A stretch of DNA of 64,000 nucleotides from Octopus vulgaris (lineage: Eukaryota): the NCBI GenBank assembly GCA_951406725.2, contig OX597815.1, positions 43,090,001-43,154,000 on the forward strand, written 5' to 3'. This document shows, piece by piece, positions 27,081 to 40,073 of the stretch; positions within the stretch are counted from its first letter, which is position 1, and each line of letters starts with the position of its first letter. The notes beneath the pieces were generated by a model. The model was not told the DNA's origin and made no database searches. It saw nothing but the letters and a program-made list of their open reading frames with translations. Position numbers and translations under genes: made by a program.

Positions 27081-27500
27081 ATGTATGTATTTATGTATAT
27101 ATATATGTATGTATGTATTTATGTATGTGTGTGTTCATGTGACTGTCTATGTAATTGTTATACAAAATATTTACCTGGTTTTTTTACCCCCTTTTTTATG
27201 AGTTTGTATGTATGAATTGGCACGCGAGTAGTGTCTGCAGTAAGATCGTATCAAATTCACTCACTCTCGCCGTCTGTATACTTCTCCCCCTCCATTCCTC
27301 TGTCTGGCTGTCTCTCTCTCTCTCTCTCTCTATTTCTATCTTTCTCTCTATCTGCTGTCTTTCTCGCTTCTTCCTGCTGTTCCAAACGGAAGTGTTTAAA
27401 TCTGGAAGTCATAAAAGACAAGTCCGATTACGGGAGAAGCCTTAGTTTCGTTTTTCACCCTCTTGTTGTTGTTGCTGTTGTTATTGTTGTTGTTGTTGCT

Positions 27501-27532
<32 letters not shown>

Positions 27533-27538
27533 CTTCTT

Positions 27539-27569
<31 letters not shown>

Positions 27570-27842
27570 TGCTCATCCGCTGTTCTTGCTTTCGTAATTC
27601 CTCTTCCATAACGTGTACATTTATTCGTGCTTTCCTCTTCTTTCGGTCATTCTCTCTCCTTTTCATTCAGTATATACATACATGCATACATACATACATA
27701 TACATACAGCCACACAAGCACACACATACACATATATGTATATCAACATCTGTTCATTTAATGCATAGATGAACTCATCATATATGTGTGTGCTTGTGCA
27801 TGTGTGTGTATGTGTGTGAGTGTGTGTGTGTGTGTGTGTGTT

Positions 27843-27938
<96 letters not shown>

Positions 27939-27989
27939 GTGTGTGTATTTATATGTACGTGTATGCACGTATACGTATATATATGTGTG

Positions 27990-28025
<36 letters not shown>

Positions 28026-28339
28026 TGTATGTATGTATATATGTATATATGTATATACGCTCTTCAGTCTGTATGTACGTATTGATGTAAATGTGTAGAT
28101 ATATACGAATACCAACAAATATACTTATGGAAGGATGGCCTATCTAAACTATTATATATAAGAGACATTAATATAACTCATTTCCCTTTATACACATACT
28201 AATTTCATCACCATCACCAGCGCCAGTACCAGTAGAAGAACGTGTATTTTGATGATCATGTTCGCCATCAAAATTATTTATACATATGTGTAAATGTATA
28301 CCTTTATACATATACATGAATGGATATACACGTACGCAT

Positions 28340-28411
<72 letters not shown>

Positions 28412-28416
28412 AGCAA

Positions 28417-28625
28417 AGGGTGCTGAAAAGAATATTCAAGAATATACAAAAGGCCTGGTTGGCGGGCCAACCTTACGCGTTCTTCTATACAAGACTTAGA
28501 AAAACTGTAGGACCACTGCGATAAGTGTGTGAAACTGAGAGGGGAACATGTTCAATAATATCATATTTAACTGATCCTCCTGTATTTTCTTTTAATGAAT
28601 GCCAGGAACTTTTCAGCAATCCCTC
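28417..28625 (+). mobile_element. Mariner-derived miniature element (C-terminal remnant with TIRs)
   Basis: AGGGTGCTGAAAAG...CTTTTCAGCAATCCCT inverted ends. AWLAGQPYAFFY...DKCVKLRGEHVQ* resembles the mariner C-terminus. Confidence 0.7.
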
Positions 28626-28646
28626 TTGAATATGTATACATACATA

Positions 28647-28716
<70 letters not shown>

Positions 28717-28719
<3 letters not shown>

Positions 28720-28965
28720 TCATCATCATCATCGTTTAACGTCTGTTTTCCATGCTAGCATGGGTTAGACGATTCAACTGAGCCTGGCTGCGCCAGGCTC
28801 AGTCTGATTTGGCAGTGTTTCTACAGCTGGATGCCATTCCTAACGCCAACCTCTCCGTGAGTGTAGTGGGTGTTTTTACGTGCCACCTGCACAGGTGCCA
28901 GACGAGGCTGGCAAACGGCCACGATCGGATGGTGCTTCTTACGTGCCACCGGCACGGAGGCGACG
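28717..28965 (-). mobile_element. SINE with a V-domain-like block and (GAT)n tail
   Basis: Minus strand GGCGTTAGGAATGGCATCCAGCTGTAGAAAC...AACCCATGCTAGCATGGAAAACAGACGTTAAACGATGATGAT. A tail fragment also lies at ~21272-21307. Confidence 0.7.
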
Positions 28966-29299
28966 CTTGTCGTCTCCTTGTACTTCCTCGTTGTCAAAGC
29001 ATTTCTGACTCTCCGTCCATGACCTCTCAAATGAGTATCCAGTCTCGTTGCTGCTCTGCATGGTTTGAAGCACATTTAAGATACAAATGTTGTAACCTAC
29101 TGAGCGCTTCCAACTGGTTAGGTGTGAGCACGTGACCACTCTTCCACCCCATTGGATTTGCTGTAAATTGTATGACAAATGAGATCACTATAAATAATAG
29201 TATAAGATATGAATCATACAGCTTTCAAAGTAAACTCCTCATTTCGATTTGACCATCAGTTTACGTTGTAATCAATTATAAATAAAAAATAATAAATAA

Positions 29300-29548
29300 A
29301 CGCGCCCTTTTAAAGCCTAGCCAGGCTCATGGGCCCGGTTTTCCGGTTTCAATGGCGTATGTGTTCCCTAGGTGGATGGGACTCCAGTCTATTTCAACGT
29401 TACTCATTTTTGCCAGCTGAGTGGACTGGAGCAACGTGAAATGAAGTGTTTTGCTCAAGAACGCAACGCGTCGCCCGGTCCAGGAATCGAAACCACAATC
29501 TTACGATCATGATGCTGACACCCTTAACCACTATGCCACGCGCCTTCA
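29300..29548 (-). mobile_element. tRNA-derived SINE (CORE-like body)
   Basis: Minus head GGCGCGTGGCATAGTGGTTAAGGGTG...GGTTTCGATTCCTGGACC. A related degraded copy lies at ~57700-57880. Confidence 0.8.
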
Positions 29549-30923
29549 CGTAATGAATTATAACGTAATGTAATGTTTCTGTGTAACCGAAAATGCAGAC
29601 AATCAGAGCAATATTGTTTTAGAGTTGAACTATATGTAACTCATGATGTTCCGGTGATTTGATGAGCTAGTTTTATTGGTTTCCTTTAATTAGTGACTAT
29701 ATCTGAATTGTATAATGCCGACTATTCATATTGTTCCAAACGATTTGTTGTATAATATTACGAAACAGCCGTAATCTCATGAAAGTTACATGGATAAATA
29801 AATCTATCCTCGCCTCTCACACTTCCTGATTTTATGCTGTATGCATATACAGTTGTGTGTATGTACGCGCGCACACACACACACACGTACACACACACAA
29901 TATATATATATACACACTTACACATATATATATATACACACACACATAATTACAACATTTCATTGTATATATTGACTATAGAATATAGCCTAATATAGGA
30001 GCATATAAACCTACAACGGAAAGCATATATATTAGTATAAGTGGGAATCGAAACATGGATGGATTTGTTGGTAGAATCAGTACAGTTACTGCGAAATTTT
30101 ACGACCATTTTTGTTTCGCCGGGGGTTTATATGCTCCAGTATTAAACTATTTTCTATAATCATATTTAAAAAAATTTCACTCGTCACCTTTACTCAACTT
30201 ACGCAGAATACATGTGTGTGTGTGTGTATGTGTGTGTGTGTGTGTGTGAGTGTGTGTATCATCAGTAAAAATATTCAGAAGTAAATATTTGTATAAATAT
30301 TAATATTGTTATTGTTATCGAAGACAAGACAAATAGTTGATAACAATACCAACATAGGTGGTTGCAGGTCTAAATCAGTATCATCTAGCTATAGAATTAA
30401 AATTAAATTAATCATAAGGATACATGTGGTGTGACTACCCGCTAGAAATGAGAGTTAAAACCCTCATTTGGACAACCAAAAAATTTACACTGAAAATAAC
30501 AGATTCAACTGTATACGAGCAAGCAGATCTAAAAAAATATCTCTCATACCTATACAGCATAAAGTCATATATTTAATGGTACAGGTATATATGTGAACCG
30601 GTTTCTGGTTTGATACAAAATCTTACCTTCTTTAGCACATCTTAACCCTTAGATACACCTTCCCAACTCGCAACGTTGAAATTTGCTTGCGTCCTTAATT
30701 AATAAGCGCCAAAATGCAGACAGCCTCAGTTTGAAAAGTACTAATAAGCAGCAAAAAATATTCAGAAGCGAATATTTATAGAGATATTAATATTGTTATT
30801 GTTATAGATGGCAGTACAAATAGTTGGTAACTTACCGGTAAAGCACGTTCATTTTCACAGTGTTCGTTGGGTATCTGAATAATGAGAGAGACAAAAGATG
30901 AAAGATATGAGAATGTTTATTTA

Positions 30924-31027
30924 TCACTGCAATTGTTTCGACCCATGAAGCATCGATCCCTCACGGATGGTATATTCAACAACTGATTTAGAAATATTCG
31001 TCGGTGTAGATGTGTCTCTTCAGGTGA
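30924..31027 (-). ncRNA. Degenerate type I hammerhead ribozyme motif (Penelope-type)
   Basis: tcac-CTGAAGA-GAC...GTC-GAAA-CAATTG-CA-gtga. The cleavage triplet is GCA rather than GUH. Confidence 0.5.
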
Positions 31028-31664
31028 AAAGCAGCAAATTAAGCGAGGGCGTTTATGCATCCATATCTGTTAACGGCTATATTTAATGCATGTTTCACTG
31101 CTGATCACTGTTATTTTTCATCATTGGAGAACATCTCCTATCATTAGACTGTGTGTGTCTTTATTACATGCAATTAACCGGTGTGAAAGAACTTTGTGTG
31201 ACACTGCAGTGCTTACCATATTGTTTGCTTTCTCAGTTAAAGTTATACCAGCGCATCGATGAAGTTAAGAAGATACCAGGCTTTTCTTTATAGAAATCAG
31301 ACCCCACCCCCACCAATATTTATTGATGCATACTGAGGTTGACCAGACAGATATTAACCCATGAGGTGCACGCAGAAAAGAGAATTCGAACAATAACGAA
31401 TCTATTCATTCCCAAGAACATCTGGCAGATTCGAACGCAAATATCTGATCGCCGTTGTTTTCGTCATAAAAGAACATTTCCGTTCCTTGAATGATGTGTG
31501 TTCATAACACATGTGATTCACCTGTGTAAAGAGATGAGTATATCTTTTCTAAGGAAATTAGTATTTGCAGTAAAGGGCGTTGAACTTTCTAACTTGGTAA
31601 ATGAGCTGCAGGAATATGAATAAAGCGAGGTAGACTCGTATTTAATTAATTCCTCTTGTGTCGT

Positions 31665-31696
<32 letters not shown>

Positions 31697-31814
31697 TGTA
31701 TGTATGTATGTATGTATGTATGTATGTATGCATGTATGTAAGTATGTATGTATGTATGTATGTATGTATGTATGTACGTACGTACGTACGTATGTATATA
31801 TGTATGTGTGTGTT

Positions 31815-31861
<47 letters not shown>

Positions 31862-31882
31862 GGAGAAAGAGCAGTTAAAGCC

Positions 31883-31925
<43 letters not shown>

Positions 31926-32234
31926 ACAGGAGTGGCTGTGTGTGTATTATTTAAATTTATATATATAAATTTAAATAATAAGGGTAAAAAAATTGAATAT
32001 TAATTTGATTAATATCAATTTAAACCAGTGGTCTAGCATATTGAAAAAATCTGAAGATTCAGAAAAATTATATTACATACATATAAGAGGAATGACCACT
32101 AAGTGGACTTCCAATATGCTAGATGTAGACCCCATATGGTCTGACCACTAAGAAAAGATTGTTCTCAAGAAAATTCAGCAAACGCCAGAAAGTAGGCGAG
32201 CGAGACAAATGAAAAGATACAAAATATAATGATT

Positions 32235-32308
32235 AGTCACATACGAGGTTTCATTGTTACCACTTACACATTTACATACGCAAATGTCCGCAATTCATCA
32301 GTGTGACC
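32235..32308 (-). ncRNA. Type I minimal hammerhead ribozyme with a canonical core
   Basis: GGTCACA-CTGATGA-ATTG...CAAT-GAAA-C-CTC-GTA-TGTGACT: 7-bp stem I (one G-U), stem II ATTG/CAAT, minimal stem III, GUA cleavage triplet. Confidence 0.8.
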
Positions 32309-32423
32309 GTCATAGCAAAATATAATTTGCAGAACTATACTCGAAACGTCCACACGAGATTGAACATACATAGAGTTTTGCCATGTATTTTCATATTCTA
32401 TTATATCTATCTATGTATGTATG

Positions 32424-32521
<98 letters not shown>

Positions 32522-32633
32522 GGGAGAGTTTACGACATACTTTATATTTATACATATATATGATTCCTTTTACATCTCCTTGATATTATTTATATATATA
32601 TATTTGTATTTTTATTTAATTTATATTCAATAT

Positions 32634-32946
<313 letters not shown>

Positions 32947-32973
32947 GAAGGTTTGGAGATGATGTACAGGTAT

Positions 32974-33405
32974 TATATATTAGAAGAAATGAGGTAATCA
33001 GAAGATCGGATGGTTCATATTTATAGATATTTATTTATACATTACATTTTTTACATATATATATCATATCATTCAGATCATATCATTCGGATTATTAGCG
33101 CTTTCTCCCATTCCAGTGGGGTTTTCAAATCAAATTAATCCCTTTGTGGGGAATTTGGTCATTTTATAGAGTTTCGTAGTAGTGAGGAGGAACAAGACAG
33201 TATACTGTCTTGTTCCTCCTCACTACTACGAAACTCTATAAAATGATTTGAAAACCCCACTGATTTGAAAACCCCACTGGAATGGGAGAAAGCGCTAATA
33301 ATCCGAATGATATGATCTGAATGATATGATATATATATGTAAAAAATGTAATGTATAAATAATATCTATAAATATGAACATCCGATCTTCTGATTACCTC
33401 ATTTC

Positions 33406-33455
<50 letters not shown>

Positions 33456-33515
33456 GAAATGAGCTAATCAGAAGATCGGATGGTTCATATTTATAGATAT
33501 TTATTTATACATTAC

Positions 33516-33520
<5 letters not shown>
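32974..33520. repeat. ~440 bp palindrome (perfect 88-bp centre) plus a third arm copy, in (TA)n
   Basis: 33159-33246 is a loopless perfect palindrome centred at 33202/33203. Outer arms 32974-33132 and 33261-33417; arm start repeated at 33448-33520. Confidence 0.9.
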
Positions 33521-33604
<84 letters not shown>

Positions 33605-33617
33605 ACATACATATATA

Positions 33618-34414
33618 CAGGGTGGGTGGAAAGTAACTAGACATTAGATATTGCTTATTTCTTATCTTTTATTTTCCAGATGGCCGGTCGCTTGATTGTT
33701 CAGGATCGAGCTAAGATAGCAGCATGCTATGAAGTGTGGAATCCGTTGTTTTGGTTCAGAGATGGTGGCGTGTATGGAAAGGTAAGCATGTAACACTACG
33801 TCGGAGACAATAAAAAGTTGTTATGCAAAGCTGATGATCATGGGCTATGTGAACGATGCAATAAGAGCGGCCGTCCAACTACAGCGGAGAATGTGGAAAC
33901 AGTGAAAGGAGATGTTTAATCGCAGCCACAAGAATCAACACGTCAAGCAGCTCGTGAAAGTGGACTAGCAAGACACACAATACGTACAGTGCTGTATAAA
34001 GAATTGAATTTTCGTCCGTAGAAAGCCAATTACATGCAGGGTTTAAAACCTGGAGACTGTGGCCGCAGAATGGAATGTGGAGAGTTAATGCTAGTCTGGT
34101 ATGAAATTTGGCCTGAATTATTTGAAAACATCCTCTGGAGTGACGAGGCTGGGATGTTATGATACCTGGAAACACGGATTCAGGAGATTCTCAATAATAT
34201 ACCAGACATCGTCCTTCAAAAGGTTGTTCATTCTATCCCTGACCATTTCAGGAAACTGGTTGACGCCACTGGTGCTTACGTTGAAATATGAAGAATTATT
34301 TTCATTTTCTCATGTAATAAAGAACATGTAGCATTTGTTTCAATAAATTTGTAAAAGGAATATGGATTTGATTACCCCAATTTTTAATGCTTACTTACTC
34401 TTCCCCCAACCTCT
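33618..34414 (+). mobile_element. Tc1/mariner-superfamily deletion derivative (DD41D/rosa-like)
   Basis: TA|CAGGGTGGGTGGAAAGTAACT 5' end. MAGRLIVQDRAKIAACYEVW...SGRPT...STRQAARESGLARHTIRTVLYKELNFRP...NILWSDEA across frameshifts; degenerate 3' TIR. Confidence 0.8.
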
Positions 34415-34429
34415 GTGTGTGTGTGTCAT

Positions 34430-34595
34430 ATATGACTGAGTGGTAAGAGGTTTGCTTTCCAACCACATAGTTCCGGGTTCAGTCTCACTGCGTGGCACCT
34501 TGGGCAAGTGTGGTCTACTATAGCCTCAGGCCGACCAAGACCTTGCGAGTGAATTTGGTGGACGGAAACTGAATAAGGCCTTTCGTATAAATATA

Positions 34596-34651
<56 letters not shown>

Positions 34652-34875
34652 TGTGTGAATGCGTCTTTGTGTCTTTGTTTCTCACCACAGATTGACGACC
34701 GGTGCTAGTATATTTACGTCCCCGTAACTTAGCGGTTCAGCAAAATATCCGATTGAATAAGTACCAGGCTTTAAGAAAAATAAGTACTGGGGTTGATATA
34801 TTCGACTAAAAATTCTTCAAAGTGGTGCCTCAGCATGGCCTTAGTAAAAGATTGAAACAAGTGAAGGATAAAAGA
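34430..34875 (+). mobile_element. SINE family A, full length
   Basis: Head, (TG)n and tail all match family A. Confidence 0.88.
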
Positions 34876-35270
34876 TATGATCATTTCTCCTTCAAAGTGG
34901 ATCTGGTGCTGACCATTTTTATCATATTCCTCCACCATTGCCACCAACAAATCCAAACCCGGAAGTACCTTTGACAGCATTATCACGTGTCCGGGAAAGA
35001 AAGAAGTTCATTGATGCGCATGTGATTGTGGAGATTGTCTTTGCCTCTTCATGATGTGGTGACTTCTCTTTCTCCAGTGCTTATAGTGGGTCTCATACAT
35101 CGCGGAGGGATTTTTCGGTCTGCACTCTAGTGAGGCATTAAATCTTCCGGCGCTTCATAGACTTGGAAGTTATATTAGTCCTCTCATCCCAGATTAGATA
35201 CAATCCTGAAAGGGATATTAGATCCAGCTCATTGATATTCCTCGTGTACTTCTCTCAAGTAGTACACAAG

Positions 35271-35328
<58 letters not shown>

Positions 35329-35595
35329 TGTGTGTGTGAGTGTGTGTGTGTATGAGTGCGCACGCGCCTTTGTGTCTTAGTTTCTCACCATCGACTGACG
35401 ACCAGTGCTAGTATATTTACGTCCCCATAACTTAGCGGTTCAGCAAAATGTCCGATTGTGCGTGTACTTCTTAGGGAGTGTTCATTGCCTTAGGTATTCT
35501 CTGTAGGACCTGCTATTTACGCAAGCGGTCCCAACTTGAGAGCTTTGCCTTCAGTCATGTTATTGTTTGTGTTGTTGTTGATGCTTGTAGAATTC

Positions 35596-35639
<44 letters not shown>

Positions 35640-36429
35640 TTTGGGTAGCGATGATAATGTTAATTATTGTTGTTATTGCTACGTTTTGTCTGCTACTAAT
35701 ATTGTCATTGTTGCACGCAACCTTCTTCAACGGGGCTGTTACAGGTAATAGTAGTGGTAGAAGCTGGCAGTCGTTACGTCGCCGCCAGACTATTTGAGGG
35801 AGAATGATAATGATGATGATTTTCTTACATAGGCACAAGACCAGAAATATTGGTGGCGGTGGTGACGGTGGTGGTGGTAGGGGAGGCGTTTCCGGGGTTT
35901 ATGTTTAATGTTTGTTAAGCAAATAAACATTCTTATTGGGTGAGGAAGGAGTCTCATAAAATAGCAGAAGCGGAAGTTGTCACCGAGGTAGTAGTTCATG
36001 TTGTTGTATAGCTGCAGGTAGCTGTCTGAACGACGAGGCAAGAACTACAGATCCATGTTTCCAGCTTTACTATGTCTCCGTCTAGACATACATTGATGAA
36101 TCATGTAGGGTACATGGTGACACTTTTACGGCAAATTAGCAGCGGTGTGTGTTCCAGCTCACTGAGTTCAAATCCGGCCGAAATCAACTTTGCTTTTCAT
36201 CCATCCGGGATCGATAAAATGAATTATCAATCCGGGACTGTAGTTTGATGGAATTTTAAGGGTATTGGAGTTGTTATTTTCTTCTTAGCTGTTGGGTCGT
36301 ATATCTATTCTGCTACCCGGTTTAACACTATCACCATATCCCTAGATACCAATAGTGGAATATTCAAGCCATATTCCCGGTTTTAGGACAACTAGCTCCC
36401 TTCCACCAAGTCCCGAGTGCTCTGAATGA

Positions 36430-38060
36430 ATAAATAAAAAGGTTATAGGGAATACATTTTCCTCTTGATTAAACGGAATAAAAATTTCACTTTGTCCATT
36501 GTCCAAGCTGTTTCTGGACACCCTAAGAATCTGGTTTTCCAAAGATTCTGGCATGCGCCAGAGGAGAGGTGGGAAAAAAAGTCTCGTTTAGAGCACATCA
36601 CTTGCTGTTTCTCTGCATCCATTGTTAGTGGGAGTGGGGTGGAATTCAAGTACAGTGTTTGAGATAAAAAAAAAAGGTTATTGATGTTGTAGTTATTTCT
36701 GCATATATGTGTTCATTATATTTGTTTAGGCTGAGTAGGATAGATAGAAATTTTGATATGTTGTGTCGCTCTAGGGGATTGCTTATGAGTGTCGAAGACT
36801 GGGAGCGAATTTTGTGAAGTTGCAGGAAATTTGGGGAGTTAAAGCTTTCTGCGGCAACAAAGTGTGCCCATTACATATCTAGGTGGTCTTTTATTTTAGT
36901 ACTCTTGTGTAGGTGTTTTATAGGCCTAGTCTCTGTAAAACCAATTTTGATGTGTAATGTGCTGCTTTGTGCTTGTAGTTTGTTGTGAGAAAATTAGTGG
37001 CCCAAATGAGACATATTCGATCTATAACATTGCTTATACATTAATGTTCTTTCTTTCAGTCAGACAAATCTGGTACCTGTGATTGCCCTAAAGGTTTTTG
37101 TGTGTCGCTTTCTTTCCTTAACTGTGTATATGTGTGCATTGGGAATATTGCAAAGTTGCATGTATCTTTAGATATTTTTCTCTTCTATATGTGAGTGATA
37201 TGTTTATGTTGTTGAGTGAGATTGGTTGTATTTTATCATTGGTATTTTTAATAAGAATAGAGTCAGTGGATTTGGCAGATACAGTTTTAGGCGTTGTTAT
37301 AGAGCCAAGTTACTATATGATATAATAGAGTTTAAGTGGTTCTGTTGTAGTGTCTGGAAAGTATAGAGAGGTTATATATGTGGTATCTGCGCATCATGCT
37401 ATCAATATACTTTTGAAAGTGTGGGAAAGTCATGTAAGATGGAAAAAATGTGTGAGAGCATATATCTCTGAAGTACTCTGTTCAAATTGCTGGTTCTAGA
37501 AATTTTCTTGTACACTGCATAGACTTGCCAGTCTGATAACTACCGTATTTTCTGGCATACAAGTCGACGTAGTATATAGTATAAACATACAGTGTAGACA
37601 CATTCAACCTTTGTAACTATCTTTCCAAATCCTGCTGCATGTTACATGGAAATTTTTATCCTCCAAAGTCGTCTTGGTGTATAAGTCGACCTACTCATTT
37701 TTTTGGTTGTAAGTTGTGCTCTGAAAAGTTCGACTTGTATTCCGAAAAATACGGTAGTATCTTTGCCAGAATTTTTTGTGTTTTTTTTTTTTTTTTAAGA
37801 TGGTGCACAGTGAGTGAAAGCTGGCGGGCAATGATGTCGAAAGCTTTGCTGTTGTCAATGGCAGTTTAGTTAAAAAGATACACGTGGAAGAGATAAAGAC
37901 TTTTTTTTTTGCTATGGAGGCCATCATGTATTGTATTCAATATTTTACGTTTCATTGTAGAGTGTACTCGTTCGAATTTGCCCTGTGATTTAGAGACGGA
38001 CTCTCGTGGGTATGTGATGTCAAGGATTAGCATTTTTAAACTCGACTATTTAGGGTGTAC
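36430..38060 (-). mobile_element. Degraded LINE (I/Jockey/Ingi group) RT and C-terminal region
   Basis: Minus strand fragments LKMLILDITYPRESVSKSQGKFERVHST, AIDNSKAFDII, FRAITGTRF, KLQAQSSTLHIKIGFTETRPIKHLHKSTKIKDHLDM and FFSHLSSGAC, in RT-to-C-terminus order. Confidence 0.65.
37543..37754. mobile_element. Pogo-like MITE inserted into the LINE; TA target duplication
   Basis: TA|CCGTATTTTCTGGCATACAAGTCGAC...TTCGACTTGTATTCCGAAAAATACGG|TA. Confidence 0.85.
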
Positions 38061-38061
38061 A

Positions 38062-38458
38062 TCAAAATCAACAGACACACCACACCTTAGAAAGTGATGC
38101 CTGAATACAACACAAAGCAAATAGTCATATTAGATATTTCTCTAAAATGAACTTCCAAAAGCATTACAAAACAACACCACAAAAAAAAACATCAACTACT
38201 TTGATCCAGATTTTATCCCTTTCCTTCCACCAGAAACTGAATATAATAGGGAAAGATAAAAGCTTAAAACTTACAAGAACAGACAAAACCACAAATATAC
38301 ACCCAAAACATATAGAGCCTTAAGGAATCACTGCACTCACTGACATCTATAATTATGCATATCTACAACATGAAAATCCCAGAATCTAGAACTGAGCAAA
38401 ATTATAATTCTAAAGCCCAACAAAAACGCAAGTGAAGAAACAACAGACCCATCGTCCA
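38062..38458 (+). mobile_element. Inverted upstream segment of the same LINE (RT domains 0-1)
   Basis: Plus strand GITALTDIYNYAYLQHE...KIIILKPNKNASEET-RPI. Confidence 0.55.
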
Positions 38459-39092
38459 AGTTCTTAGTAGGCCGTACTACCGTTGACGGTGTTGGTTAGA
38501 TCAACATCTTTCGTGAATTAAGTGGTGGTGGTGATGGTGGTAGTTTTGCAAGTGGTACCTTAGTGAAAGACGAATTAGATTGTTTTTATTACAAATTTTA
38601 ATGTAACTACAGCTTTCAGGAGTTCACTCCGTACTCTAACTATTTATTATTAATAATATTTCCGAAACAGGCATATACTTTCTGACCGAATTTTTATTGG
38701 AGCGTATGGTGGGTGTTAGACGTAAACATATTCAGGCCAATTAAAGAGAAAAATATGAAAGACTGACATCGCGTTGCCAATTGGTCGAATGATGACGAGA
38801 CGATGACGATGATAAAGAGGATGATGATGATGATGACGATGAGAAAAGGAGGCGAAGAAGTAGGAGGAGAAGGATATTGGTGGTGGTTGTGATGGTGGTG
38901 GTGGTGGTGGTGGTGACGACGATGAACACTAGCTGCACCATAGTTGTATGGTGAATAAATATAGCTAAATATATGTACTTAATGAACTGCTGAATTTATA
39001 ACGATCTAATAGAAAGAGAGAGAGAGAGAGAGAGGGGGAGAGAAAGAGAGAGAGAAAGTGTGTGTGTGTGTGTGTATGTGTGTGTGAATGTT

Positions 39093-39131
<39 letters not shown>

Positions 39132-39230
39132 CGGAAAGAGCTATCTATGTAGATCAACAGATATAATATACAGACATACACGCACATACATGTATGTATA
39201 AGTATATACATGCATATATATATACATATA

Positions 39231-39295
<65 letters not shown>

Positions 39296-39348
39296 ATACA
39301 TACCTACATACATACATTCATACATACATACGTACATACATACATATA

Positions 39349-39385
<37 letters not shown>

Positions 39386-39388
39386 CTT

Positions 39389-39457
<69 letters not shown>

Positions 39458-39619
39458 GCACAGGACTGGCTGTGTGGTAAGTAGCTTGCTTACCAATCAC
39501 AGGGTTCTGGGTTCAGTCCCACTGCATGGCACATTAGGCAAGTGTCTTCTACTATATCTTCGGACCAACCAAAGCCTTGTGAGTGAATTTGGTAGACGGT
39601 AACTGAAGGAAGCCCGTCG

Positions 39620-39620
<1 letters not shown>
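39458..39620 (+). mobile_element. SINE family A head
   Basis: GCACAGGACTGGCTGTGTGGTAAG...AAGCCCGTCGTAT, followed by (TCTA)n. Confidence 0.85.
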
Positions 39621-39694
<74 letters not shown>

Positions 39695-39695
39695 A

Positions 39696-39866
39696 CAGTT
39701 CTATATTTAAGAGATGAGGAATTATGTAAATTATTTACATTTGACGGATATTTGTCCTCTTCCACGGGCGTATGGCGTGTGGCTAAGGGTGCGGGCTACT
39801 AACCCCGAGATTCCGAGTTTGATTCCAGGCAGTAACCTGAATAATAATAATAATGATGATAATAAA

Positions 39867-39937
<71 letters not shown>

Positions 39938-40073
39938 CAACAACAACAACAACGAAAAATACCTTAGGAATGAGAACCCAGGTTCGAAATTTCCCCCAAG
40001 ACACGAGATGTTAACACGTTGTGTTAACAACAAGCAAGATGAGGACAAATATCTGTCAAATGTAAATAATTTG

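Noticed and set aside
34880-35260. Possible degraded LINE fragment
   Set aside because: No diagnostic motif could be read in any frame.
39766-39840. Functional tRNA gene, and likewise the other SINE heads
   Set aside because: Acceptor and T stems do not pair properly, and the sequences are embedded in repeats.
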